Source of the DNA: Puccinia triticina
Lineage: Eukaryota
Direction of reading: 5' to 3'
NCBI GenBank assembly: GCA_026914245.1
Contig: CP110440.1
Location: 3,844,001 to 3,908,000 of the forward strand
DNA length: 64,000 nt
Part shown: in pieces, positions 24,826 through 36,854 of the stretch
How positions within the stretch are numbered: position 1 is the stretch's first letter
Layout: the number at the start of each line of letters is the position of its first letter
Position numbers and translations under genes: made by a program
Notes under the pieces: model-generated
The model's input: only the letters and a program-made list of their open reading frames with translations
Told to the model about the DNA's origin: nothing
Database searches by the model: none

Positions 24826-26492
24826 ATGACTTCCAAGGATGGAAAGGGTCAGTACCTCCTCCACGTCTAATTCACCTCCAGTAGCCAGACTGACCGGAGG
24901 GAGGCCTCTGCCCAACGAACTCATATCCGTAGAGATCGAACTAACTCACCCCGAGGACGCGATCTCAGCCGTCAAATTCGACCCAACTAATCCAGACTTG
25001 CTGTTGGTTTCATCCTGGGATAAGACCGTCAAGCTATATAATCTCTCAAACGCATCACCCACCGAGCCAATCAGCGTCTATCCCCACCCATCTCCTGTGC
25101 TGGATGTATGTTTCGGCACGGGCAAAAACGCTGGAAGAGGGTACACGGCTAGCTTGGACAGAGGAGTCCGAGAGATCGACCTGCAGCCGTCTGCCCCCAC
25201 GCCGAACCCTGCAAACCCCAACTCGATCCCCAATTCAAATTCCAGACCGAACCGGGTGATCTCAACACATCAAGATGCAGTGAAATGTGTACATTATTCC
25301 TCGGAATTCGATATCCTGATCACCGGATCATGGGACCGATCGGTCATGCTCCAAGACCCCAAAGCATCCTCAAATAAACAATACCCCAACCAAATCTGTA
25401 GCCTAACCCTGCCCAACCTACCCGCAAAAGTCTACAGTTTGGATTCTTCCAAGGACAAGTTGGTCGTCGCCATGGGTAATCGCAGGATTTGGATTTGGGA
25501 TCTAGCTAAACTGTCTGAAGCGGTTGAGAAAGTAAACCAGATCAACAAAAATCCTAATCTTGCTGCCACTGAAACTGTCATTCCACCACCCCCTCTGCAA
25601 GAACGAGAAAGCTCATTGAAATTCATGACTCGCTTGATCAAATGCATGCCCCCTGGAGATGGTCAGCATGCATTCTTCACCTTGAACTCAGTCCTCCCCA
25701 AGTTGCAGAGGACCAGTCTTAAGTATTTCTTTTTCCCTTCTCTCTAACAACAGGTTACGCATCAGGTTCAATTGAAGGCAGGGTGGCTGTCGACTTTTTT
25801 GATACCTCAGCAGAGTCACAGGCCAAGAAATATGCTTTCAAATGTCATCGTCAAGCGATCGATGGGGTCGATACAATTTATCCGGTGAACGCACTGGCAT
25901 TTCATCCCACGTGAGTATTCCTTTTTTTCAGACCTAAAACACTTCTGTTGCCCTAACGTATCTAGAAGCTCGGAAAACGAATACTCGCCTGATTCCTTGG
26001 TTTCTGTGACCGTATGCCCGGGAATAGACACGGAACGTTTGCGACTGGAGGAGGAGATGGAATCGTATCCATTTGGGACTCAGCAGCAAAGAAGCGGCTT
26101 AGACAGCTCCCGAAATACCCCGGTTCGATCACCTCACTCGCGTTCAATTCGGATGGAAGCAAACTAGCGATCGGGTGCTCGGTTCTCGAGGAGGAGAATC
26201 CTGCCAACAACCCTGCTGCTGATGACGATCACTCCAACGAGAGGGGCGCCGATCTTGAAAATAAGGAGGCTTCTCATAATCCTGATAAAAAGAACAGCTC
26301 TCATTTCAACTCTTTGAAAAATTGCGTTTTCGTTCGGAACGTTATCGATGATTGTAAAGTAAGCATCCTACCCGCCTCCTTGACCTGCCAGCTCTTGATC
26401 TTTTTACTGATGAATACTCCCCTTCACCTCAATGTTTCTACTGTTAAACTCTTATCATCCACGCGTCGTCATAAAAGCCACGAACCAAGTAA
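24826..26492 (+). CDS. BUB3: Mitotic checkpoint WD40 protein Bub3
   Basis: [89 protein letters not shown] and RESSLK favour Bub3 over Rae1. Canonical introns. Confidence 0.9.
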
Positions 26493-28037
26493 TCAAACAC
26501 GACACTCAAACCGATGTGGAACTTGATTAACACAGATAATGAACACAAGCAATGACATAGCATCCTTTCTTTTTCTTGTGTGATAATCAAGCAAAAATGT
26601 TGTTTTTGAACAAACGTGGACACTTTTGCCAACTTGGTTCTGTAGGGGAAAGCTAAATTTTGGGTGCCTGGGAAGCTGTGGTAGATTGATATGACAAGAA
26701 TCAGTGGGTGAAACCAACTTGGGAACACATAAAGTGACAGTTGATATGTTGGTGATGGAAAGGGGATTGTCAAACTGTCTTAACTTTTATAATAAGCATA
26801 ACATGTTACATGGGTTGTGTTTGAAATTGTGGTTAAACTGGAACCCATGATTTAGACTCCCAATTAGTTCTAAATCCTAAACCTTATCTGGTGATGAAAG
26901 ACTAAAGTTGATTGCCATAAGTTTTACCATACAATGAAATTTGAAATTAAGCTTTAGGCAGAAAGCAAGTTGGAAGTAGTTTCTTGCGGGTTCTTGTTTG
27001 CTGGTGGAAATCTAATCTCAATCTGTTTTCACCAAAAAGGCTTGATCCTTCCTTCCGCAACCAGCAAATAAGGTTTCACTGCAAAAAAAACTTGGTCAAC
27101 TGCTTTCAGTTGACATGCAGAGAACTCAAGCCAAGCTGCCATTGTAACTCCACCTGAATGCACAAGTGTCTTTGTTGGCACAGTCACTGTGCAAGGTGCA
27201 CAGTGACTGTGCATTAAAGCTTGGGTTGAGTCAAACCTTGAGTAAGGCTGGTGTAACACCACAAGCTTCCTCAGAGTTACCACATGTCAACTGCTCACAG
27301 TTGACACAGTTTTTTTTGCAGTGTTTAGGCTGTCCTTCTTTAGACAGAACCAATTTGAGCCAACAGGAAGTATTCCAATGCAGCCTAAACCTTGAAAATA
27401 GCTTTAGATTCAGCTTTCACCAGGAAATAAGGTTTAGGAATTGCCTCCCAATCAACAAAAATTCCAATGAAACAGCATCCACATTGATTGAAGGAGAAGG
27501 CTTGCTTCTCTGAATTTCTGCCAGTTACTACTTTCCTGGCACCCCCAAATTGATAGTTTCTTTTTTTGAATAAATCTTCTACAGAATTCCTGGCCAGCAG
27601 TGACAATACTTTGGTTTTGTCAGTACTATGCTAGTTAGGGCCAATTTGTTGTAGCACAGGAGGCTTGTATTGACAGCCACCTTTGAAACACTGTTTCTGT
27701 GAGAAATGGGGCTTCTGTTAGCATCCAATGCATCCTCAGTAGGTACACAGTCTCATTAATGAGAGTTCCAATCAACCAACACCAATATGATTGATTGAAT
27801 TTTAAATGAAGCATACATAGCTGGTTTCTCAAGCTTTTCTCCAGCCACATCATTTCTGTATTAATATAACATCAACCATGTTGAGACTCCCTGCCCAGAA
27901 TTTGAAGCAACTAAACATAACTTTACTGGACATGACATTGACAGGTTTATCTTACCCCAGTTTGAAAAGGCTTGCCCAAAGATGTGTTTACATCTTGAAT
28001 GTTTCTGGACATGTCTTGAGAAGAAGTATATCTGTAA

Positions 28038-28669
28038 CTTTAAGCGAACTTAGCTAAGTCCCTCAATTGGAGGCGCGCGAGCGCTGTCGCAAAGCAACCC
28101 TCCAAAGGAGGGACTTGCACCCTACCTTGCAAAACAGTAGGCAGCAGAAATCCCATTCGGCTGGGGAAAATTTTCAAAATCTTCAACTCTTGATGTCTTG
28201 ACTCAAGTAAAAGCCATTGAAAATCTGAGCAGACAGATTTGTCCGCCTACATCTGCCCTTTCACTTTCCATCTTCCTGAGGTCGGATCCCTCCAAAAACA
28301 CTCTTGAATCCCAAATGAAACAAAAAGGAGTTCATGGGTTTTGGGAGGGCATTGTTCAAACAGGCCTTGGTCAAAGCCATACTTTTGACACCTGTCAAAA
28401 CCTAGCAGCTCTTATTTTTTTTTAAAAAAATCAAGCTCATGTGTTACAGGTAAAAGAAAGATACCAGCAGACAGCCATGCTTCTTGGCTATCTCTTGAAG
28501 CAGCTGACTTGGCCCCAGCTGTCCTTGCGTATCCTCAATGGAGGGACAAGAAGGCTGAACAGACATCTGCTGCCTACTCTTTTGCAAGGTAGGTCATAAG
28601 TCCCTCCTTTGGAGGGTTGCTTTGCAACAGCGCTTGCGCGCCTCCGATTGAGGGACTTAGCTAAGTTCG
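28038..28669. mobile_element. Non-autonomous element with ~100-bp TIRs (MULE-like MITE)
   Basis: 28045-28148 is an imperfect reverse complement of 28565-28669. ATCTGTAA occurs at 28030-28037 and 28670-28677 as a possible TSD. Confidence 0.65.
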
Positions 28670-28902
28670 ATCTGTAAGCAGCTTTGGAAGTTAGGGTTGA
28701 GAAATTGTGAAGCATTCTTTACAAAGGCTGTATACATGTGAAATCATCTTTTGTTTTACAATTTTCACAAAGAGAAATGGACTATTTATACAGGGAAAAA
28801 ATATTTGTGGGTACATGTAAAAATGCTCATGGATTTGTGAAAGCTCAACAAATGTGGTCTACCACAGCTTTTGAAAGGCAATGCAGTTCCTGCAAGGTTT
28901 CA

Positions 28903-29625
28903 TCAATTATTTCTATTTGGATTCCTGACATTTCCACAGCGGTTCTTTTTGTAGTCAGCAAAGGTTTGTATGGAATAGCTGTTTGGCTTTACTGGCTGTT
29001 GACAGGTGGTAACAAATACAGAACATATGTAGGAGTTAGCATTGCCAGAAACACCTATTTCAGAATAGCTCAATAAGAGTTAATCAAAGCCTACCTTTCC
29101 AAGCTTGTACTTTGCGTCACAGCATTGACCATTCTGTGCAATTTGCCCATCAAATAAGAACTTATCACAGTCATAGGTAGGCGTGCGATTAGCATCACCA
29201 GCCGTTCCCCTAACATTGGCAACATAAACTACACAAGGATGACCAGGATGGAATAATTAGTAAACATATCCTCATCATTCAGATTGTCAGTTCAAAGAAG
29301 CCACACATAGACTCTTGAACTCATAGACTCTTGAACTGAACAGACAACTGTGCCTGCACGACTTACTTCCATATTGGTCTACAGTGGCGCCTTTTGGCCG
29401 CGGTTGTATTAATCTTATACAAAAACCTGCTGGTCCAAACCTGGGGTCATTTTTAGGACAAACGAAGGGAGGTGGTAGTCGAACTTGAGGTAAAGGTTTG
29501 ACGTTTCCGTGAATTCCATTCGCATCCGGATCCGTCACCGGCGTGAAAGCATCCGCTGCGAAGATTCCCCTGAAAACGGCGAGCGAGTGTACCATGAAAG
29601 CTATCAATAAGGTGGGACTGTGCAT
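28903..29625 (-). CDS. Small secreted cysteine-rich protein (161 aa, 6 Cys), candidate effector
   Basis: Hydrophobic N-terminus MHSPTLLIAFMVHSLAVFRGIFA. Exons 29625-29367, 29228-29095 and 28995-28903 join in frame through GT-AG introns. Contains FVC, YDC and CC. Confidence 0.75.
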
Positions 29626-30587
29626 GGTGAGGCCTTAGGAGCACTTGGTAGTATTGATTTCGAGTTTGTATATTCAGAAATGAAGAGGTTAGGTTGTGAA
29701 AGCGAGAATAAGAGTAGATGTTGCAAACAGGCTACAGCAGGTTTTATCGCTTGGGAGATGAGGATGATAAGCTAACCTCGATGGCTCAAAACAGTCGTCT
29801 TTTATATTCCCGATGGCTACCCTTGTCTCGCCCTAAATCTAATGGGACCTCCTGCTTTGTTGTCAGAAACGTTATTCACAGTACTTAGTTGCCGAAGAGG
29901 GTTTTGTCTTCGTCAACCAGGTTACCAGAGGTTTACTCCACCTGCGATGTCGCGGTCACCTATTATTGATCTAGAATAAGCTTTCGGTTGTCCGAACTTC
30001 GAAGCTCCGACAGGATCCCCAAAGGAGCCGGCGGTATTCATCGAGCCGTTGCAGCTACTTTACCGACGAAAGACCCCGGTTGAGATGTTGTTCCAGGAGT
30101 TCCCGGTCGGCATTGCATCCACACCAGTTGATGTAAGAAATCTCCTACCGAGGTATGTATCCAACTTCTTGGGGGAAAAAAACGCAGCATTTCCCCCACT
30201 CAAGGCTACCATAATGAGGCTGAAACTCGGGCGCCTTGAACAGTAGGGACTTGTCATATAGTTGTGCCAAGTCCGATGGTGTTTACACATTGTGCACCAT
30301 GAGTTGCAATTGCACTTGACGCTATGAAGACACAGGGCGCAGACTCGCAGTACCTTCCTGCCTTTCCGCCATACACCCGCGCTAAGAATGCTCATTGGCG
30401 TCGAGATTGTGAGTGTCTGGGGATGTAGCTTAGTGGCCGGAGATAGCCTACGGAAAGGCCTTATAGTTGGCGGTCCAATCAACGCGCAAACAACAAGACA
30501 AGAAGGGATCAAGAAAATGGATATCAAAACAATCCGAGGGAATCAACGACCTAAGAGAAAATACACGGATGGGCGTCTGCCAAGAGT

Positions 30588-33500
30588 TTATCTCCGATGT
30601 CGGCTATCCTGGGTAGGACCGCCGGCAGCACTTGGCCCTGTTCTTCGTTGGACGTCTGAAGCCTCAATTCCCGCCTCCGCTTGTATCCGTTCAATCTCAT
30701 CTAACAGAGGTTTGTATTCGGCTGCACAACAAACATCCACCACACAAAAAAAGGACGACAATGGGTCAGTTTCCCCGTACCCTGTGAGCGGCTGTAAGGT
30801 CGGATACTCACAATATCTGTCTTCGGCATGCGAGAACCCTAGTGAAGTCACAAACGTAGATCATTGAACGGCGTTAATAAGGTCAAGGAGTGAAAAGCAC
30901 ATTCTGGGTATCAGTGCGAAGCTTACCGTCGCGTCGGAGCTCCTTCCCACGATGTTGAGATGTTTCATGCGCCTTTTGCGTCCAATACTAAGTTCAATTA
31001 GGGGATGGATAGTCAGTGATGATATGTTGACGATTCAAGTGTGTTCAAGTGTGACCGAATCATGTACCTCGCGCGTCCGATCGTAGAACAACTTCAGAGT
31101 TTCTCCCGGAAGCGGCGTGCTCATGACCTCTTCGGCAGACCGTTCAGAAGACTTGGCCACGCCCATAAAAGCTTCCACTTTTTTCTTCAGCTCTTCCTAA
31201 AAGAAATAAAAATGGAGACAAAGCCGATAAGCGACCGGGAAGTGATGGATCTCTCTTCTTGTCCATGTGATCTGCTTAACTTGTTCTAGTTGGGTTGCAA
31301 GCACATCAGCAACCTCTGCAGGATCTTCCACGATCGGAATCTGCTCTTGCTCGCGTTCAAGTTTTTCAAGGTTCTCGGCCTCTTCACTGTGGCTCTCACT
31401 CTCACTACTGCTTCCCTCCGAGCCTGAGTCTTCATCGTCGTCGCTTCCACTTTCGGACTCGTCAAACCATTCGTGGTTATGGATATCATCGTCGCGCAGA
31501 CAGCTATACCGGTCCAACTTATCCAATGCTAACGAGTAAAATGATTGGAGGGTATATTCTTTATCTCCTGATTCGTAGATCCCGCCATAGCTTTTTTCGA
31601 CCAACAATGGAGGATATCAGGGATTAGGTAAGATTGGTGCAAAACCCCGTCAGTGCGAACCCATGTAAAAAGACTCAACATATATAAGGTATTTTTCAGG
31701 ATAGCTAGCATAGGGTTGAATCTTGCCAGTGGGATTGTCTTGTCAGGATCTTCTTCATCGTGTGATGAATCTTGAATCTCTGCTGCGCCGACAACTTGAT
31801 TCTCAACAGATTTGGTAGGTTCATTCGATTTGGTGGCTGTCGAATTGGCCTTCAACTTGGATCTCGCGATCTCATCTCTGATAAGTTGTTCAGCTTTCAA
31901 TCTAGCTTCTTCGAGTCTGTCTTCTTCGTCCAGTTCCATGGCTTCATCGTCCTCTTGGATCGCTTCTACTTCCATACCGTGATCGTCTCCCTTTTCATTA
32001 ATTTGTTCTTGGTTTTTTGCGCTCTTTTTCTTTCCATTTGCTCCATCTTTGCCCTTTTTCTTTTTGGGCCTTTTCAAATTCAACGTCATCCATCGCCCGG
32101 TACCTGAGAGTTGGTAAGCATACCTGGCCAACAAATAAAGATGATTCCGGAATTAAATGGGTGATTGCAACATGAAAGCTCAAAACTTTGGCGTCGGGCC
32201 AATCTCAGAGCAAGAGAAGGAAATAGAGACCAACAGATCATTGTAAAACTCGCTAACCAGACCTTCTTCGTTATCTTCTAAATCCAAGACACCGCCGAAT
32301 CCAACAGCCATGGTTTTATTGACCCAATTGACCATTGTTGAGCCACTCCTTAAGCTGGGCACCTGACCCACCCGTTTGCGTTTTTCCCATTTCAGCTTTT
32401 TTAACCAATCCGGATTGGTGGGATCCAGCTTGAGGAAGAAAGTATCGTCGAGTGCGACTCCTTTGGCCTTTGATTTAGTAACATAAATCTTCGAATAACC
32501 CCCTATAAGCAAGTTCAGAGCTCATTGTCAATGATTGTACATCCAAAATGCTGTGAGATCGATGTTACGACAGGTTGCGCAGTTTAAATCCCGGTTGGCA
32601 AATGATGTAATGGGGATGTTGACTTGCCGTGTAAGATAATTCCTTCAGGGATCGAAAGTAGTGAGAAACCTGAGCGGGGACTGAGAGAAGGGTAGGATCA
32701 TCAATTACTCAAGAACGCTTTGACTAGAAAAGGTAGAGATAGACACCTCGGCCATCGCTCGTTGTCGCGCGATGTGATCTGCTGCCACTTGTATTCCATC
32801 ATATCGAAAAACCACAGATCACTGAGATAATTCGTCCGAACTCCAACGTCTGATTAAAAGCACAATGGATCAATGCAAAGACTTGAGGAGGTGGCCAATA
32901 ATGTGTGCCACACGTTACTTACCATGAAAGCCCTACTTGCTCAGAGAGATTCACAGGTCTGAAAGGTTAGCGGGGCCCGGGAGCGGGAAGCGGACAAATT
33001 CAAGTTGCTTACGCCGACAAGGATGATCCATTGTTTCCATACGACCATCCGATGTCCACTTCTTGCTGACGGCTGCACTTTAGTTTCGATTCTTTCCCAT
33101 GAATGACTCGTCAGGTCAAAACACCACTGAAAGACGGAGGCGTATCCCAACCGCACAAAACAAACGCGCCGAGAGGACTGGTTAGTTTCCAGTTTGACGA
33201 CTGACGCGAGTAGATCAAAGGAAGACTTGCCATGTCTCTGTAGTGATGAAACGTGGTTTGGTTGGACGATGCGAATTCCCCGCCTGGTTAATTCCGCGTC
33301 CACATAATCAAATCAACAGTCAGAATACGTCTCTGGGCGCAAAAATCTTGGTTAGAAATGAGCATAGGAGAATAGGCATGAATAGATAAAAAAAGGTTTG
33401 ACAGACCGAAAAGCCATAGTTTCCCACCACCACCAGGCGTGGCGACCATTTGGTGAGTTGATCTAGGGCCTGGAAAGGTAGGAGAACTGTACCTTCTCCA

Positions 33501-34090
33501 TTCATTTTTGTCAGGAGAATACCTCTGAATAGAAGAAATTGTTGCCCGTCAGCAGCTGGTCTTCATCAGTATCATTTAAATCTTCAACTGACATAAAGAT
33601 CATTGTAGAAATGTGCGGTGGTGCCGTTAAAGAATTCCCCTGTCATAGAAAAAGAATGGGTTTAGACTGTTCCGTTTTTTAATATTTTGTTCGTTCAGCT
33701 AGTCGTGTGGATAGTACATACCGCCGAATAGCCAGATGTAAGGTTGATTTGGATCGGGAGTGAATGAAGCATTGGCTCTTCGACTAGGCGGGCCGTCGAT
33801 CACGTCTTCAGTGACTTTATGTTCTGCTTCCCATTTCCTATTCAAATGGCAAACAACAAGTCCATCAGACTCGTGTACACTTTTTCGAAAAAAAAAACAA
33901 AAGATCGATTGGAGGAATTACTCAACGCTCTGAACTCTTCTAAGGTGGTCAGAAGGTCTTCCTCGTCCGCTGCAGCCTCGAGCGCCAACTGTTTCTTGGA
34001 CTTCTGCTCGACTTTCTTTGCCTGCTTCTCCTTCTTCGACGCTTTCACCGCCGCCTTGTTGCTGGCCTTGGCTTTCTTTGCCTTGCCCAT
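30588..34090 (-). CDS. KEL3: Kelch-repeat protein Kel3/KLHDC4 with C-terminal DUF4110-type region; multi-exon
   Basis: Lys-rich N-terminus MGKAKKAK...EEDLLTTLEEF; kelch repeats PSARSGHRMVVWK and PSLRSG; RFNPMLAILKNTLY; FYSLALDKLD; PLPGETLKLFYDRT; EYKPLLDEIERIQAEAG. Confidence 0.85.
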
Positions 34091-34759
34091 CTCTGTGATG
34101 TAAGAAGAACCAAAATATCGGCTGTCAGTCTTCGGTGGATTTTGTCACACTCGTCTCCTTGATCTGACCTTGTGGTTTCACATAATCATTGATGATGATG
34201 GCTTACCGATATGAAGAAATTTTCCAAGGCTGGTCCCCAACGCGGAGTGTGACAGAGTGTGACCAGGATGTCCTGGTGGAGTGGGTGGGCAGAAACTGGC
34301 TGTCACAGCTCTGTCACTCGGGAAATTGGGGAAATCTCCACCTTTCGAGCTTGATCTTCCAACCGATTTATCCATTCGACTACAGTATCGACAATCACTC
34401 CTTTCGTCCACCACGTTCCGAACCTTCACCGTCCATCCAATCAATCAAACCAATCCCTTTCGAGTCGCCGTACCGCATCGCTAAGCAAAATCCAGCAAAC
34501 CCATGAGCAGCTCTTTTTCAGGACCTTTCAACCAATCCTAACCAGCGACATCCTTTTCAGTTTCCTTATCGTTTTTCAAACCAAGTTCTGGCAGATCCAA
34601 ACGTTGTCTAGCCACGTCTTGGGGTCCAATCGTATTCGAACATAGAATTTTCACATGTATGTACAGCTTGAACCAATTTTTGTATTGACCACCTTTGGGT
34701 TTTTGACTTTGTGAACAGCATGAAGCAAACAATTTTGTGTATGGACCATTGACTGAAAT

Positions 34760-36200
34760 AATAGGGGGTTTCAAAGTTGGCCAGATGCGACTTGCATGCA
34801 CTTTTGCAAGTTGGTGTTCAAGTTCATTCTTGAACACCAAGTTTCAAAATTGTATGCAAGCTACACTGGAGGACTTCCCTTTGATTTAGTACAGCTGTGT
34901 AAAGTCAGATTTGGCCCTTGTAAAGCCAGATTTTTACACCCTGGTTTTACACGCACTTTTCAGCGGCTAGATCAAACCAGAACATCCCTCTCAATGGCCG
35001 GTACAGACCGGTCATTGAGAGTACACAACCCTCCCAATAGCTGGTCTGTACCGGCCATCCAGAGTACACAACCCTCTCGATGCCCGGTACAGACCAATTG
35101 TCAAGGGGACTCAACCCTCTCAATGCCCGGTACAGACCGGCCATCAAGAGTACACAACCTTGATTCCCGGTCTGTACCGGTCATTGAGAGGATTCAACCC
35201 TTGTGATGCCTGGTATAGACCGGCCATCAAGAGTACGCAACCCTCTAGATGCCCGGTTGAGATTGGTCATCAAGAGTACACAACCCTCTTGATGGCCGGT
35301 ATAGACCGGTCATTGCAAGGACATAGCCCACTCGATGACCGGCCTGTACAATGAGAGGACACATCCCTCTTGATGGCTGGTACAGACCGGCCATCAAGAG
35401 AGAGGGCACCACCCTCTGGCAGATCTGTGCCGGTCATCAAGAGGACACAACCCTCTCAATGGCCGGTACAGACCGGTCATCGAGGGGGTACATCTGTACC
35501 AGCCATCGGGAGGCTTGAGTCCTCTCAATGACCGGCGTTGTGTCCTCTTGATGTCCTACCCACCGGTCATCAAGAATGACTGGTACAGAGGACACATCTG
35601 TACCGGTCATTGAGAGGACAATGTACCCTCTCAATGACCGGTCCGTACCGGCCATCAAGAGGAGTTGGTACTCTTGATGACCAGTCTGTAACGGCCATTG
35701 AGAGGGATGTGTCCTCTCGAGGTACAGGCTGGTCATTGAGTGGGCTGTGTCCTCTTGATGACTGGTCTATACCAGCCATTGAGTGGGCTGTGTCCTCTTG
35801 ATGACTGGTCTATACCGGCCATTGAGTGGGCTGTGTCCTCTCAATGACCAGTCTATACTGGCTATTGAGAGGGTTGTGTACTCTTGATGACCGGTTTAAC
35901 AATGAGGGATGAGGCCCGAGTTGCTGGAATACCTGGGGTTGTAAGTCTGGCAGGTATTCTGGAATCTCAAGCCTGAGGAAAAGCTTCTAAAGCTAAAAAT
36001 TACAAGGTAAGTCAGATCTGGCTTTACATGTGCCAGATCTGACTTTACACGGCTGTGTAAATCAAAGGGAAGTCCTCCACTGTACTACATCCCCTAAGCC
36101 TGGTTGAATGTTTTTTTGAAATTTGGTGTTCAATAAAAGCCTTGAACACCAACTTGCAAAAGTGCTTGAAAGTTGTGCATGGCCAACATTGAATCCCCCT
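34760..36200. mobile_element. Non-autonomous TIR element with ~190-bp inverted arms and internal CTCGATGACCGG-type repeats
   Basis: ~34760-34950 is a degenerate reverse complement of ~36010-36200. The interior (34980-35900) is built from CTC(T/A)(C/T)GATG(A/G)CCGG and CCGGTCATCGAG units. Confidence 0.65.
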
Positions 36201-36826
36201 TTACTGACTGATCAAATTCTTTCACCCACAGCTGCTTTTTCAGGACTTCACCGGATTGGTCCACAACTAAGCACACACTCAAATAATTCAACTTGCAATT
36301 CTCAAGACAATTCACAGCTCCTTCTTGTTCAGCCAATCTCACAGCTCAAATCCTTCCACTTGAATTCAATCACTAGTCCTCAAAAAATCTGCTTCACAGC
36401 ATGTATTCCTTCAACTAACTATTGAACCAATTGTCTGATGTAGTCTTTAGTGTAAAAAGCTGTTCTTTGCCTTTGATTTTTGACCATCAAATTCTTAATA
36501 TCACCAAATGTAACCAAAATGCCCACCAAGTTTGAACAGAAGGTCCTATGAATCCCAAATCTACATTGCAACTATTTTTCCAGAAGTGTTGAATTTCAGT
36601 CTTGTTCCTCCTCATCCCCAAAATCCCTACACTATTTCCTCACACCATTCCATCCTTTTTTATCCTCCTCTATGGGCTTGTTTTCAGATCAAAGTTATCC
36701 AACACTTATGTTGCCCCCTTTCTATGTGGTCTGTCTTTTATTCATGGTCATTCTTCTTTCTTACTGATCTTGTAGACTTTGATCCCTGCTCAGATTAGAC
36801 TGTCAGCTTTCCTTGTTTACTGCTTA

Positions 36827-36854
36827 CTAGCGTTTAAGGGCGGCTACGCCACCC
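36827..36854 (-). mobile_element. Helitron 3' terminus
   Basis: On the minus strand, GC hairpin GGGTGGC-GTA-GCCGCCC lies 7 nt before CTAG|T. Confidence 0.55.
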
